NCBI GenBank assembly: GCA_964057225.1
Contig: OZ059897.1
Location: forward strand, 11,904,001-11,968,000
Source of the DNA: Auanema rhodensis
Taxonomy: Eukaryota > Animalia > Nematoda
Direction of reading: 5' to 3'
DNA: 64,000 bases
In this document: positions 26,401 to 40,757 of the stretch, piece after piece
How positions within the stretch are numbered: position 1 is the first letter of the stretch
Layout of the letters: each line of letters begins with the position of its first letter
The notes under the pieces: model-generated
What the model saw: only the letters and a program-made list of their open reading frames with translations
Databases searched by the model: none
What the model was told of the DNA's origin: nothing
Translations under genes and position numbers: made by a program

Positions 26401-29345
26401 TAGAGGGGGGAGTACATCAGAGAAAAAATAGATTAAGAGAGCGAGAAAGAGAAGGAAGATGATGGTTTGAGAGAGAAAGGGTGCAGCTTCCGCTTTTTAC
26501 ATCACAAACTCGAAAAGGAATCCTGAAGCATTTGGGAAGAATACGTTATACTTGATATGTTTTCACTTTTATCATTGGTTTTTGTCTAAATGTGGACATG
26601 AGTCGAAGTGAAGAAAAAAACCAAAAGAAATGCAAGATAACTTTAGCATTAATGACTGAAAAATGCAAAATGAACATGAAAAACGAATTAAAATGAATAA
26701 GAAATAAGGAAAATATGAGTATTTTGAAATTTTCTCTACTTACTATATACTGTAAGAATACGGTGGCCTGTGGTTGGCTGGTACACACGTACAGTACACA
26801 AGGAGGAGGTAACGTCAGGTCATTGCGGGCGCATAGCGCAATAATCAAAATCAAAATATATTTTATAATTATAATTATAAAAATGTATAATTATATTTAA
26901 AAATATAAAAATAATTAAAAAATAAAATATAATATTAAAGAGTATTGAAAGGATTTCTCTAATAGTAATAGATTTTTAAGAATATCTATATAATATTATC
27001 TTATTTTCAATCAATATGCATGTCTATTGTTTCATTTTTGTTTCAAAAAATTATTGTCTTCCAATATTTCCTTGTTGAAACGTTTTTTTTGGGTTCATCC
27101 GTAAATTGCATCCACTGACAGGTCTTTCATTTATGATTGAACTTGCTGTATATTGGGAGAAAGATAATGCTGGAACGGGGTGTAGGAGAAAGAATCAATA
27201 ATTGGTTTGAATTTCTATTGTTTGCCCTTAAAAAACGGCTGGACAAGTCGACAATCGATCGAGCCTTGTTGAAGTTGGGGGCCCGATTGAACTTCGATGA
27301 GAAAAACGACGTCTGCGATGGATGGTAAAGACGAACATCCAACATCACAGCCAGCTTAGAATTTTCAAAGATCATTGTTTATAATAAAGAAACTTAAACT
27401 ATTTAAATTTTAAAAATTAAAAAAAGTGTATATAAGTAAATCAATAAAATATAAATAGTTTAAATCTAAAATTGACCGTATTTAATGAAAAAAAATTAAA
27501 AAAAAACGAAGCTGAACAGCTGTTTCATTTTTTGATACAAAAATTTATGACTGAATCAGATAGCAAAAAATTAAATGGAACATATGGACACATTAAGAAC
27601 ACGATGATCTTATTGTCTACCTTCATATAGGTCTTATCACAATAAAAAACGACATTTTTTTTTATTTTGCGTTTTATTTTAAAAGAAAAAAGCAGACGTT
27701 GGCTCAAGGTTGGGTTCAAATAAGTAGAGAATAAAAAAATAAAAACTTTTGTTGTAACGGAATAGAGAAACGATAAGATAAATCAATAAATAAAAAATTA
27801 AAAAAGAAAAATTAAAAGATGAAAATAATTTGAAAATGAAACGAACCTTTTTGCCACAATACTGACAGGGTCCGAATGGTTTGATACCCAAATGTATTCT
27901 CATATGTTGCGAGAGATAGGAACTATTGGCAAACGATTTAATGCACTAAATTAATAATAATAATTAGTATAATAATATATTTAATATAAATAAATTAGTT
28001 GAGTTATAAGATTGTTTAAGCTTAAACATGTACCTGATTGCATTTATAAGGTTTAGCCTCCCGCATCTGCATCTGCTGCTGCAGTTGCCCGACGTCCGGT
28101 TTGGTCTCAAACTGAAGAATATATAGGTAAATGGTTTAAAATATAATATATTAATAAGTTAAATAAAACTTTTGACTATGTATCATCATATTCAATTTAT
28201 ATATTTTTTTAATTTTTAGTATAAAAAATAGAATTAATCTAATAAACCGTAAGAGATTTGATAGTCTCAGTCTAGCCACTGGAGTACAAAAAGTTCAATA
28301 AACTTTTCATTTAATTTAACAAAAATGAGATATTATAAGAAAAAATAGAATAAGAAAAGTTGCAAAAATTTAAAGACAAAGTTTGCTCGAGTGCAAAAAT
28401 GAAGAGGAACAGAGAGAGAGAAAAGGTAAAGATGAAGAAAACGACGGGAGCTTTTTTTGCATCAATTACGAGACTATTATCGTTTCGGGAAACGGCTGCC
28501 GGCCACTTTTTTCTATCACTTCGGCCTTAAAAGAGACCACGAGGACATCGTCGACACCAAATGTGACTTCAGATTTCTATTATGAAAATGATGCACATTA
28601 AACGAGGACAATTATAGCAATGACAACAGTTTTTGGCCACCAAAACACGATGAATATTGGCTGAATGATTGATAACTATCTTATAGGTATATTTTTATTT
28701 ATAATAATAATTATTATATATAATAATTATAATAATAAAAGAATTATATATGTTTTTTTTTAAATAAAAAAAAATATATATGCATTTCAAGCTTATATTG
28801 TGATACAAGAAGAATAGGTGGTAGCTGGTATGCACGCCAATATTTGGGGGCGGAGTCAGAAAGGTGTGTACTAGTGGAAGCGACAAAAATGAAAAAGAGG
28901 ATAGAGAAATAGGAATAAGAACAGAAGGTTTTAGATATGAAGAGAGAGAGAGAGATAGAGAGAGAGAGTGAGAGAGAGAGAGAGAGAAAGAAATAGAGAA
29001 GAGAGGGAGAGAATGCAACCTGTATTCATGTTCGAACTTGTAAACTTTTTTTTTTTAAATTTGACTTGCACGTTGTTCACGTGTTTTGAAAACTCGTGTG
29101 TCAGTTATAACGGGTATTGTGATATACACTCTAATTATAAATATAAATCTTCTTATAGTATTAATTAAAAATAATTAAATCAATAAGTTCTAGAATATAT
29201 TAAATTGATAAATTTCTATATCAGGTGTCAAGCCTTTGTTCAAAAAGTGAATAAAAAAAATGCTTCCGTTCGTTCTCGAATGAGATAAAAAAAATGTTTG
29301 CATGAAAAATAACTTTTTTGAAATTATGTAGTTAATAAAATAAAT

Positions 29346-29388
<43 letters not shown>

Positions 29389-32300
29389 AGAAAGAAAGAA
29401 GGAGACTTATACAGTAACCTATATTAGCATGCGGAAGGAGAAAGGTATTTCACCATTACGTTCAAATCAGTAAAGAAATAAAGTTCTGCTACGGTCGAGA
29501 TTAAGCGATAAAGTTCTCTTTTTTTTATAAAAGAGGAAATAATGTCTGATAAGAAGAGGGTACTAGAAACAAGATGACTGGACATACATGCATATCATGT
29601 CGGTTTTTTTGGTAAAAATAGCTCATCGATTCAAAGAAATAATATGAAACCTTATAATGGTAATTATAATGATAAGCAACTTTTAAATGAAAAAAATAAT
29701 CAATTGATCAATTGATTGAACCGTCTTCTTGAGCTGGTACGTTGGAGGATTTGAAAAGCGATTTGGTGTGACAATTGAAACTAACATACATGCATCCCAG
29801 AGGTTTTTTTGTTGAATGGCTTCGACGTTTTTTTAGGTCGACACCCATTTCCAGATTGCCTAAAGGGCGGCAATTGGAGGCAAAAGAAACAATAAATGAA
29901 ATGGAAAGTACAAAATATGGAAATTATTGGAGCAGTAAAGAAAGAAGATTTAAAGGAAGAAAGATACTATATTTTGATTTATATGATATTAATGATTTTT
30001 ATAAAATTATATTTAACTATTTGAATGTAATTGAACATCTATATCAATCAGGTTTTTTCTCTTTTATTTACTGATTGAAACAACCATTAATGATGAGCTT
30101 TTACAATACAAATGGGAGAAAATGAATTGAGAAAAAGGGAGGAGAAAGGGGGGAAGGGGAAGTGGAAGAGAGTAGAGAGACGGTAAACGAAATGGCTAAC
30201 TGTAGTTCGTATGCAATGATGTTGCGATCATCGTTGGTTGAAGACACAACGACGATGAGGTCATGTATACAGTGTGTATACGTGCATGAAGAATATAGAA
30301 CTTCTTTATACGATAAAGAAATAAAAAAAGAACTGTAGTAGTAAGAAAGAAACAACGAGAGAAATGAAATTAAAAAAAAAACTGAAGATAGAAGCTGAAG
30401 AAGGTCATTGGAGTAGGCGATGACAGAAAAAAAACAGCTTATTCTTCTTTATCGTCTACACTTCTCTCCTCTCTATTCTACCCCCCCCCCCTCTCTTTCA
30501 ACCAATAACCACTACGACCAAGCAGCAGCAGCAGCAGCAGCAGCATCATCATCACCATGAACTGCTGTAATTCAATTTCTTGAATTCTGTCGTTTAGGTC
30601 TGTTCTCTTACTACCTCTTAAGCGTTCATTTAGATAGTAATTCTAATGATATAGTTCAATCATTCATTCAACCTATGAAGTCATTCGTTTGCTACTGTGT
30701 GTCAGTCAGTCAGTCAAACAATTCTCATCATTTACTTCTTCATTCTCTAGTCCTTTTCAGCATTTTTTTTCAGTTTCTCGGCTGGCTTGTAAAGAATAAA
30801 AAGTCTGTTGTCAATAGAATTGAAGAATAAAAAAAGGAAATAAAAAGTCTAAAAATGACTAGAAAAAGAGACATTTAATCTAAAAAAACTGTCTCTTTGG
30901 GTGGCAAAATGATTAATACAATCAGATCTATACTATGAAATATGAATAAATAAATAAAAGTTAATAGAAATAATAGATAAGTTAGCTATATATCTTCAAT
31001 AAATATTTTAATTTTGAAAGAAAGACTTCATCAACCAGGTTTTCATTTTAAACAACGTGGAACCACAGTATAAAATAAAATCTATCATGAATGTTTTATA
31101 GACTTCAAAATTTAGTTTTAAAAATTTCGACGAAAAGAAGGAAACATGTAAAGTTTTCAGAAATTAAACTTTTTTAAAAGCAACATAATGTTGAGAAAAC
31201 CTGAAATTTCGACAAAAAAAAGAAAAAAAACACAGAAGATTATATACATTGAATTGATAAAGTGGAGAAAAAATATGAAAACTGTCAAAATGTTGCTGAT
31301 ACAAGAAAGCTAGATAAATTGATTCTTCTCATATGAAATAAGTAGTATTTGATTAAAAAATAGAATGAAAAAAAGAAATAATTAAATGAATTAGAATAGA
31401 AAATTGAATAAAACAAATGAAATGTTATAAGAAAAATCAATTTCATGAACATTTTAGATGTAGTACTATCCCACTAGATAAGACAGAAACAATATTCGGA
31501 TTACGGTAGCTCTCTTCCAAGATGCTAATGGTTGGAACGCAGTGAAACAGAGGAAGAAAAGAGAGAGAAAGACTGAAAGAGGAGGGCACAAGGAATATGA
31601 AGGACAGGTGATACAGGTTTCCTTAGTGTCTCTTTCTCATGTTCCAATCGGTTTCTCATCTCTTTTAGCTTGAAAATTCATTTTTACAGATGATTGTACT
31701 ATAGTGAGGTAGAAAGGAGGCTTTTGGAAAATGATACTCAAACTAAAACTCAGAGATTATTCATTCGAAATATTGATTATATGGAAATATTTGAATTGTT
31801 AATACAGTACTCTGATGAGCAAGAAGAGAGAGGGGACTAGAGAGTAAATGGGTTATGGCACTCATTGATATCTGATAAAATAAAATTGAAGACAGCAATG
31901 ATTAAAAATGATTGAAAAAAAGTAAAAAAATCTGTTAGATAGATGAAGAGACAAAAGAAAATTCCGTTGTTTTTAAAAAAAAAATTTCTGGTTGAACATC
32001 AAATGATTTCCGGTGTTAATGTTCGGTTACAATATGAAATTCAGTTATATGAACTAACATGAGTAGCTGCAATGAGATGTTGATAAGCCACAGCTAATAC
32101 CATATTGAGAATAGGGAGATGTATAGACGTGAAGAAGATTCAGAATTTTAATATGTGAATTCAATGGATATTGAGTAAGTAAGTAAGTAATGTTAGAAAA
32201 CGTAACTGATTAGGCAGTTAGATAGATATAGTAATAGATCAGAATATATAGAGATATGGGTAAGATTCTTCTCTGTATTAGTATAGTAATGCTGAAGTTT

Positions 32301-34027
32301 TTTTTTCTTGATAATTAGAATCTGGACAGTTGTTGGAGTGAAGAGGAAGGAGATTGTTTTCCGGTAGCAAGATGATTAAAATTCAAATATAAAGCTATTG
32401 TTAAGATAAGTAGCTTATATGCAGATAGTGAGGGCAAGATGATGATGATGATGATGACGACGTCGACGACGACGACGACGACGACCACTAATACAAAACT
32501 GTTTTCAACACAAAAACGGTTGTGTCGTAGTCTTTTTGTAAAGAGTGTTATCAGTAAGATTCCGTTGAAATGGTATAAAATGATAAAAAATGTCTTATTG
32601 AGCAATCAATATACATAGATATTCTTTATATGGCAACCATTTTTTTTTGATTTCTTGTGTCCCTTAGGCATATAAGGAAGAAAGTCTAAGGTATGACACG
32701 ATGGAAACGTTCTATCTCTTACATATCAATACTATTTCTTTCCCACCTCCTATTTAACGATAAGAAAAAATGTTTTTGTATTTTCTCAGGTCGAAATAAT
32801 AATTAAAATATATTTATATGTATTGGATGATTAAGCATAGTTAGTAATAAGAACTTTTTTTTATAGAAAAAAAAAGAAAAAGAATTATCATTGGTAGTAC
32901 ATCAAATAAATTGAAAAAAAAAAGAAGAAAATTCTGTTAGAATGATAGATTTCAGTTCAAAAATTGTAGATTTGTCGTTGAAGTTTTAAAAAAAAAGATA
33001 AAAAATTAAATAATTTGAATAAAGCAAATATAAATTATATTTTATAGATATATATATATATATATAAATAATAATTTTTAAAATATTTTTTTATATGTCT
33101 GTCTCCGAATAATAACCAAAAAAAACGAAGAAACAACATGGAAAGAAGAGAGAGAGATGAACAGACCTCAATGGCAACCCCACATTTTCGCAATTCAATA
33201 TCATTTTTTGTGACTGTTTAATAGAAAAAAAGAAAAAAAGATATGATTCAAACTAAATACGTCACAAATTTTTATTTTTTTCTTCCAAAAATGTATAAAA
33301 AAAGTTGTTTTCTTATTTGAACTTGATCTTAAAGTTCGAAATATTAGAGAAATTAGATGAGTTATAACTTAAGTTTCAAGAATCATCCTACATTCATAAC
33401 TCAGTTCATTTATTTTTTTATAGAAACGGAAGCAATGTAATAATTTATATGATTTAACTATATTATTATATATAATAATAATATATTAACTTATATAGTT
33501 AAAACCATGTAAATCTAACTAAATATTATAATTAGAAGACGGAAAACATAAGTTTAACAATGATTTCTTATGAAACTTAACGTTTTTTGTTATAGTTAAT
33601 GAGACAAAAAAAAAGAAAATTTCATACTTAACAACTAAAAATAAAATTTCTCATTAAGTCCAGAAAAAAATATGAAAAATCTTATAAAATCAACACGAAG
33701 TTTGGAAATGACTTAAAGCTTACCTTGTCATTGTGCTAATCAAAGCTAGTTAAGGAATATAAAAAATTAAAATTTTTTTCAATAAATAGAAGTAGTAAAG
33801 CATCAGATGAACCTCTTCCTGGACATCCCGTCATCCTCGATGTCACAAAGTGTATCGAGAAAAAAAACCTGGGGGTGGAGAAGTACATATTCATCGAAAA
33901 AACTCCCGTCTATTTGCCCCAGATTGTCGTTTTTTTGTTCACCTGACCCCCCAATCGCAGATTTTTTTTGACAATTAACTTGAATCGTTCCGCGTTTTTT
34001 CTTATTCTCGCTCTTCCTCTTACTCAC

Positions 34028-34094
<67 letters not shown>

Positions 34095-35088
34095 TTTTCT
34101 TCCTAGTGTTAGGATTATTTCTGGTAGTTGACATCTAAGTTCAAAAAAAAAACTTTTTTTATTAAAAAAAAAGCTTAAAAAAAATAAAATTATATGTTTA
34201 TTTATTTTATAATAATTATGCTAATTTTTTAATGTTTCTTTTTTTTTTGTATCTTTTTTTTCGTCTATTATTTTGTATGTACATTAACTGTTTCAATTAC
34301 CATATCTTACCACATTATAGCTTCTGAAATGGATATTTCATGAGATATCATGCTTTACGTAGAGAGGCGAGACAGCTAGACACACGGAATCCTTTCAACC
34401 CCTCTATTCTTCTTCACATCCAAGAGCGGCTGCACTTTTTGTGACCGCCTCTTGCCCCGAGGGGGTGCCGGCCGGCGCCAGTTTTTTTTTCGTTCGCCCT
34501 CTCACACCGACATACTGTCTCACTTTATCTATTCTACTCTGCGCCCTCTTCAATCTATGTGTTCTTTGTCACGCAGCCATCTCTCCGGCTGGTTCGAACG
34601 ATGAACATCCGTTCTAGGTCGATGTCGTCCGTTTTTTGAGGTCAACTAACATTCAAAAACGACTGCAATGACCATAAAAGGTTCGTTTTTTTCACGTTGA
34701 GACCCAGCCCCCTAGGTGCATCGTCTGAACTATATGAAGACGAAGAACATCTTTGTAGAGGTAAGAGGCTGCGTGGGGGATCGACCAATTTAGCAGTAGT
34801 TCAATTGAATAATTTGTGATGAGAAAATCATTCGAACTAGGAAGAAGAAGAAACAGATACGTTGATTTGTGATTGAAAGGCCGTTCAGGTTTCATGCTTT
34901 AGCAATAACGAACCAACACCATCTATCCAATTGATGTTCATTTTGAACGGTGAACACTGGAGGGTATGATGAAACTCTACGAGCAGAAATGAATGAACAA
35001 TGCAAAGATAGAGCGTGAGATAAAGAAAAAGGAAAGATAGTGATATAGAGAGGAAGTGTGAGAGATACTGAAAAGAGAAGATAGAGAG

Positions 35089-35140
<52 letters not shown>

Positions 35141-38100
35141 AGAGAAAGAAGAGATGGAAGAGGGAGGGAAGAGGGAGGGAAATGCTTAGTGAAGTGGGGG
35201 TGATGGTGTAAGGGAGCTTCGAACAAAACCATTTTTCGTCTTTTTTTTTTGGCTCTGTACTCACTGAGAGGACAGCTCAGATAGATGGACCGAATGTAGG
35301 GGGAATAGGGATAGAGAGAAAAAGAGAAACAAGGAAACTACAGAGAAATAAAGAAAAACGAGGAAGAAAAAAAACGTCTTGAGCAGTAGCACAAGGCTTC
35401 GGTTGGCTCAGCTTGAAGTTTCTTCTCTTCCTACTATTCTTTTCATCTGCTTTAGTCTTCTTCCAGCTTCAACTTTTTGAACTGCTTTCTCTGACAGATG
35501 TCCTTTGCGGTTTTCTGGTTAACGTTTTCTTCAATTCTCCATCTCTTTGATATGTTTTGCTATGAAAAGCAAACATGTAAACAAATTTTTGATAGGAAAA
35601 ATTCAAAATAATAAAAGAAAATTATAAAAAATGAGATGACTCATAAAAAAAATGTAATTCTGAAGCTTAATAGACTGATAATGAGATCAAAAAAAGAAGA
35701 AGAAGAAAATGATGAAGAAAGTTGAGATTAAGAGCATTAAAGTCCTTGAAATCACATGAAAGAACAATTTAACAGCTCGTTTTCTTTTTTTGATTTTTCT
35801 CCTCACAAGACTATCACTTGAATTTTTTTTTAAAAGAAGAAGAAGACTAATTAAGTGAAAACGAACAGAATAAAAGATATAACTCAATAGCTCAGTATCA
35901 TATTCATGAGTTTATTAGGTTGTTTTACTTACTTTAATCAAAAATTCATTTATAATTCGATTAAAAATGATTTGTAATGTAAGAAAGAATTAAAAAAAAT
36001 GTTTGGATAATGAAGCTTACCATCAGAACAGTTGAAGCTTCAACTGACGAATTGATGAGTTTGTGGTCGAGTAACTCAGTTGCTGTCATTTTCGGTAGGA
36101 TAATCACCAAACTTAGATATTCTTCTAATTATTGAATTGAATAGAATATATATCACTGTTAGATATTATTGTTAAGAATAATGAGAACTACGCTCTTTAT
36201 GATAAGCTCAATGCTGGATATATATAAATGACTTTCAGCTTATATCTTCTGATCAAAAGATGATGAAGAACGAGTTAATATAGTAGCTGGCTTGACGTAT
36301 AATAGTTAGTGAAGACCGTTTGTATTGGGTGGAAAGGGGGGAAGTTTAGTGATTTTCGGATATAGTTATGATACTTTTCTAGCTCCTATCCGTAACCCTA
36401 AGCCCTACAAACTAAGTCCACTATGAGCTACCGTTATCTGCTCTTTATACGTCTTCTTCGGCGCTTTCTTCGACGACGTTCAAATTCAGATGATAATCCA
36501 CGAGCCAACTCGTTCACCTGCCTGTTCTGCACGTACAAGGCAGACAGATTCCGTAACTTGATATCCTAATATGGCCTATCTAGAATAGAAAAGTTCCAGA
36601 TGAAAAGAGACAAAGATAAATGTGAAGACAAGAAGACATGATATAGCTAATAAGTAGTACTAGTTGTAGTAGTAATTAAAGGGTTTTGTATGAAAATACA
36701 GTGAGAATAAATGAAAAAATAAAAGAAATGAAAAATAATAAATTGAAGTAAAAAAAGAAGTCAAAAGAAACATTTAAGAGTTAAAAGACAATAAGCTGAA
36801 TGAAAATGAAATAAGATGAAGCTTGTTCAGTTTATAATTACCCCGTTTTCTGCAACAAAAAAAGAGAGGAGAAACGATACGTCATGACTTTTTCGTCGTT
36901 TTCTTCGTTTTCGTTTTTAAAAAAATTGAAATATTATCAGTAATAATGGAATAATGTGAGATAAAGATATACGTCTTTTGATCATTTTATATCAGAAAAT
37001 ATCAGAAAAAAATACATATAGATAATCAATTTTTATAGTAAAAAATTAGTTATGTACTATATGAATATATAAATAAAATTCATAAATATCTCAAATATAG
37101 ACTTGATTGGAAAAACAAAAATAAAAGATTTTCAATCTTGAAGCTGAACTCACTTTTTTTCATCTCGTTGGTCCCTAGTTTTTTTTTGGGCTTGGCCAAC
37201 TAACTAAAAGCCGGAGAGCGAGAAAGTGCAGAGCAGTAGACATGGACCGAAAAAAGGAAGCGAACGAGAGGACGACTGGTTGGGGACCCCAGAGCACCCC
37301 GAAACGACGAGAAGGATGAGGAACACGATGAGAACTCCAGAACTCCCTTCCATTCTTTTTTCGTCTTTTTTTTTGCAATCTTCAGTACATTTCAACTTGC
37401 AAGCTTTTATGGTCATCCTCAAAAATAGAGAAAAAGCTAATGAAAACAGGAAGATATAATCATTTTTCTATTAAATAGTTAACACATAAACATGTATAAA
37501 GTTACTTTATTTCTCTTGTTCTACTTTCATTTTAAAAAAAAAGAAAGCGTTTGAAAAATTTGAAAAAGAAAAATGTGTTATAGTTTATAATGAGAGTGGC
37601 ACGCGTTTTTTGTGACAAAGAGAAGAGAGTGCAGAAGTGATAGAGAGAAAGTGAGGGGTGTAGAAAGAAAGAGAGAGAGAGGGAGAGAAAGAGCGATTGG
37701 CTGAGCAAATAAAAAAGAGAAAAAAAAATGTCTAGGCTTGCATCTCAAATCATATTTGAATTCAAGAAGTGATGATATATATATATATATGATAAATTTA
37801 TCTTTATTTCCTATGTTATTGCTGATCTACTCTCTTTTCTTTCTCTCTCTCTCTCTCCCTCTCTCTTTCTTTCCCTCTATGAGTATTTTCCAATCTATTG
37901 TTTCAGAATAAATAAAGCAAATGGAAAAGATAAGCATATACATATAAGTTTGAAAATAATGGTTCATTTAAGCGATCAGATAGACTTTTTTGACTCAAAA
38001 AAACAAAAAAGAACGCCTTAGTATCTAAAAAATTAAAAGAATTATAGTAAAAAAAAATATAAATCATTCTATGTGATAAGTTTTTGTATAAAATTCATTC

Positions 38101-40668
38101 ATTTAGTTCATTTACAAAGTTTTAAAGTTGACATGAATGCTTCTAAGCTTTCTTTTTTTGTCATCATCAGTATGTAAATAGGCATTCGAGTCAATTGCTG
38201 AACCATCAGTTTTTTGCAGAAAAAAATGAGGAAGGGATATGATAAGTGAAATAGAAAATTATAAATCGATATTCATCGAGAAAAAAATTGTAGATTAATG
38301 TAAAATGGGTGTTCTCACGATGAGCTATTCTCGAGATTGGAGGATTGACGAGAGATGTAATCCGTCATCGGAAACGTGATTACCAAAAAAAGAAAGGCAA
38401 AAAATGGCTGGTGAAACAGATTGGCAAAAATCGAATATTATGGAAAAATTTGTAAAAAAGTTGTGTACAAACTCCTTTTTTTTCAAATTTCAAATATGAA
38501 AAATATGATGATTTTGAAGAGTAAAAAGATCTTATCGAAAAAAAAAAGATATTTAGAAAATACTTGATGTATAGATATAGAAAGTTTAAATAATAATAAT
38601 AATAATATATAAGTTATATAAACAGTAAATACGAAGAAGCTTTTTCAAGATAGTTTGCAGAGTTGTCGGATTGAACTATGGTGATCCGCAGTTGCCCTTA
38701 GACAATAATCTTGAAAAAAGCAATATCGAGAGAGAGGCAGCAGATACTGAATATTTGAAGTTTGATGATAAGACAGAAAAAAACGAAGATTTGTTAAAAG
38801 AACACAAGTAAACAGGATGTTTGAAAAGGAGATACAGCTTTCTGAGGTTGGTGAAAGTATAGAAAAAGTACATACAAGTCTGATGAACTGAGAAAAGAAA
38901 AATGAGGTAGAGTAGGAAAGGAGGATAGAGAGGGAGAGTGAGAGAAAGATAGAGAGATATTGGGGAGTGGACATTTGAATTCAATTGACTGGTCAGTCAA
39001 AGAAAAGAACTGAAGAGCCGAAAATGGAAACCAGCAAGTTGGGCATTGCTTTGAAAAAAGTACAGCTGAACGCTGGACAACGTCGATCAATGGGAGAGCA
39101 GAGAGCAAAAAATGAGTGGAAAAGAGAGAGAGAAAGGGAGATAGAGGGAAGGAGAGAGGAGTGAGATGGTGGCTGGCTCGTTGGTTGGTTGGCTAGGGGA
39201 GGTTTTGGACGATGACGGAACGACAGAACGACTTACGAGAGAAAGGGAAAAAGAGAGAAAATGAAAGATATAAAGAGAAAAAGGAAAAATGTGAAAGAGA
39301 GAGGGGAATTTCACGTTTTGAGATTGAATGAGTGGATTGGTGATGAGATAGCTGCTGTTGCTTATGCTGTTAGTCCGTATGATGAAGAGAGCAACAGATG
39401 AACAATACTAGAAAACGATAAAGAGGCAGCAGAGAGATGAGAAGACGTGGAAAGAAATACTGGAAGAAACGTCACAAATGAGGCAGAAAAGCCTTAAATG
39501 GTTGATGTCAAAAACGAAGAAGAAGAAGACGAAGAAGATGAAGAAGAAGCCAGGGTGAGACAACCGAGATGACGTGCCAAGCCTTCGATTCGTAAGGACA
39601 CAACATGGGCGGATCCCACTTATTGACCTTTGACACTCATAGTTAACAATGTTCTTTTTCACTTATAATGAAGTAATTATTTCAAAAATTACTTCAACCT
39701 ACCATATACAAGCTAATTTAATAATAATATAATATATTTTTTTAATAAATAAACAATTAATAATAAAAATAAAAAAAAAAGAAAGAAAAAAGAAGACGAA
39801 AGATGATGATGAAAACGCTAATTAAGTTGAAATAGAATAAAGTCAAAATTTGGTTTTATTATTAAGACTTGATGGATAAATTTTCATAAAAAATTCACAG
39901 ACAGACAAATCAAAAATGAAACAAATGTGAGACCAGGTAATGAACGAAGAGGTAGTGAGAGAGGTGTGGGAGGTGTTGGAGCTCAAGTCAAACGTACATA
40001 CACACCTGAACCGCTTACCGGAAATGTTCTTTTTTTTTTCTCTTGAATCCGTTTGATGTTTAATAATTGATTTTCATCGTTATTGCATTATTTATATTAT
40101 ATATCGTTAATGTTCAGGAAGAATATTAAGTTCATTTTTTTTTGTTCAAATTAGACAAAAAAAAACTCAAAAAACTCAAATAAATCGTTAATTGAATGTT
40201 GCAAATCGTTTTGATATTCATGTTGAATATGTTTCTTTTTATTATCTTCATTAATGTTATTTTAACTTTAAATATATTGCCTCAGGGTATATTTTTGAAC
40301 AAAAAAAAAGTGTTCGAAAAGAAATGTATCTACGGAACGTGAGTTCAAAAAGAGCAAGCACGATGTTCGAAATAGTGCTGTTGCCAAATTTTGTTTGCTC
40401 ATCACGTCGTCATTCTTTCGTTCGTGCAACGATGCCTGTATTCCATCTTAATGTACCTGCTTCCTCTCTCTCCTAATCTCGCTTTCTCTCTTTCTATCTC
40501 TCTCTATTTCTCTCGAAAAAATGAAAACCCACATGGCTTGCGTGAAGCATTTGAATTCATTTACGTACATCAAACGTTTTGCAATAGTTGCTGTTGCATT
40601 TGAATCTTATCCTCTTTTCAGTATATTCATACTTAACGAACTTTTCATTCTCATTGTCTTTTTTTCTC

Positions 40669-40757
<89 letters not shown>

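Noticed and set aside
31705-31745. TGAGGTAG let-7-family seed (also at ~38903) as a possible miRNA gene
   Set aside because: No complementary arm forming a pre-miRNA hairpin; purine-rich context; intronic if read as a target site.
36392-36408. Telomere-like TAACCCTAAGCCCTA
   Set aside because: Only one or two degenerate units, with no array or clear breakage motif.
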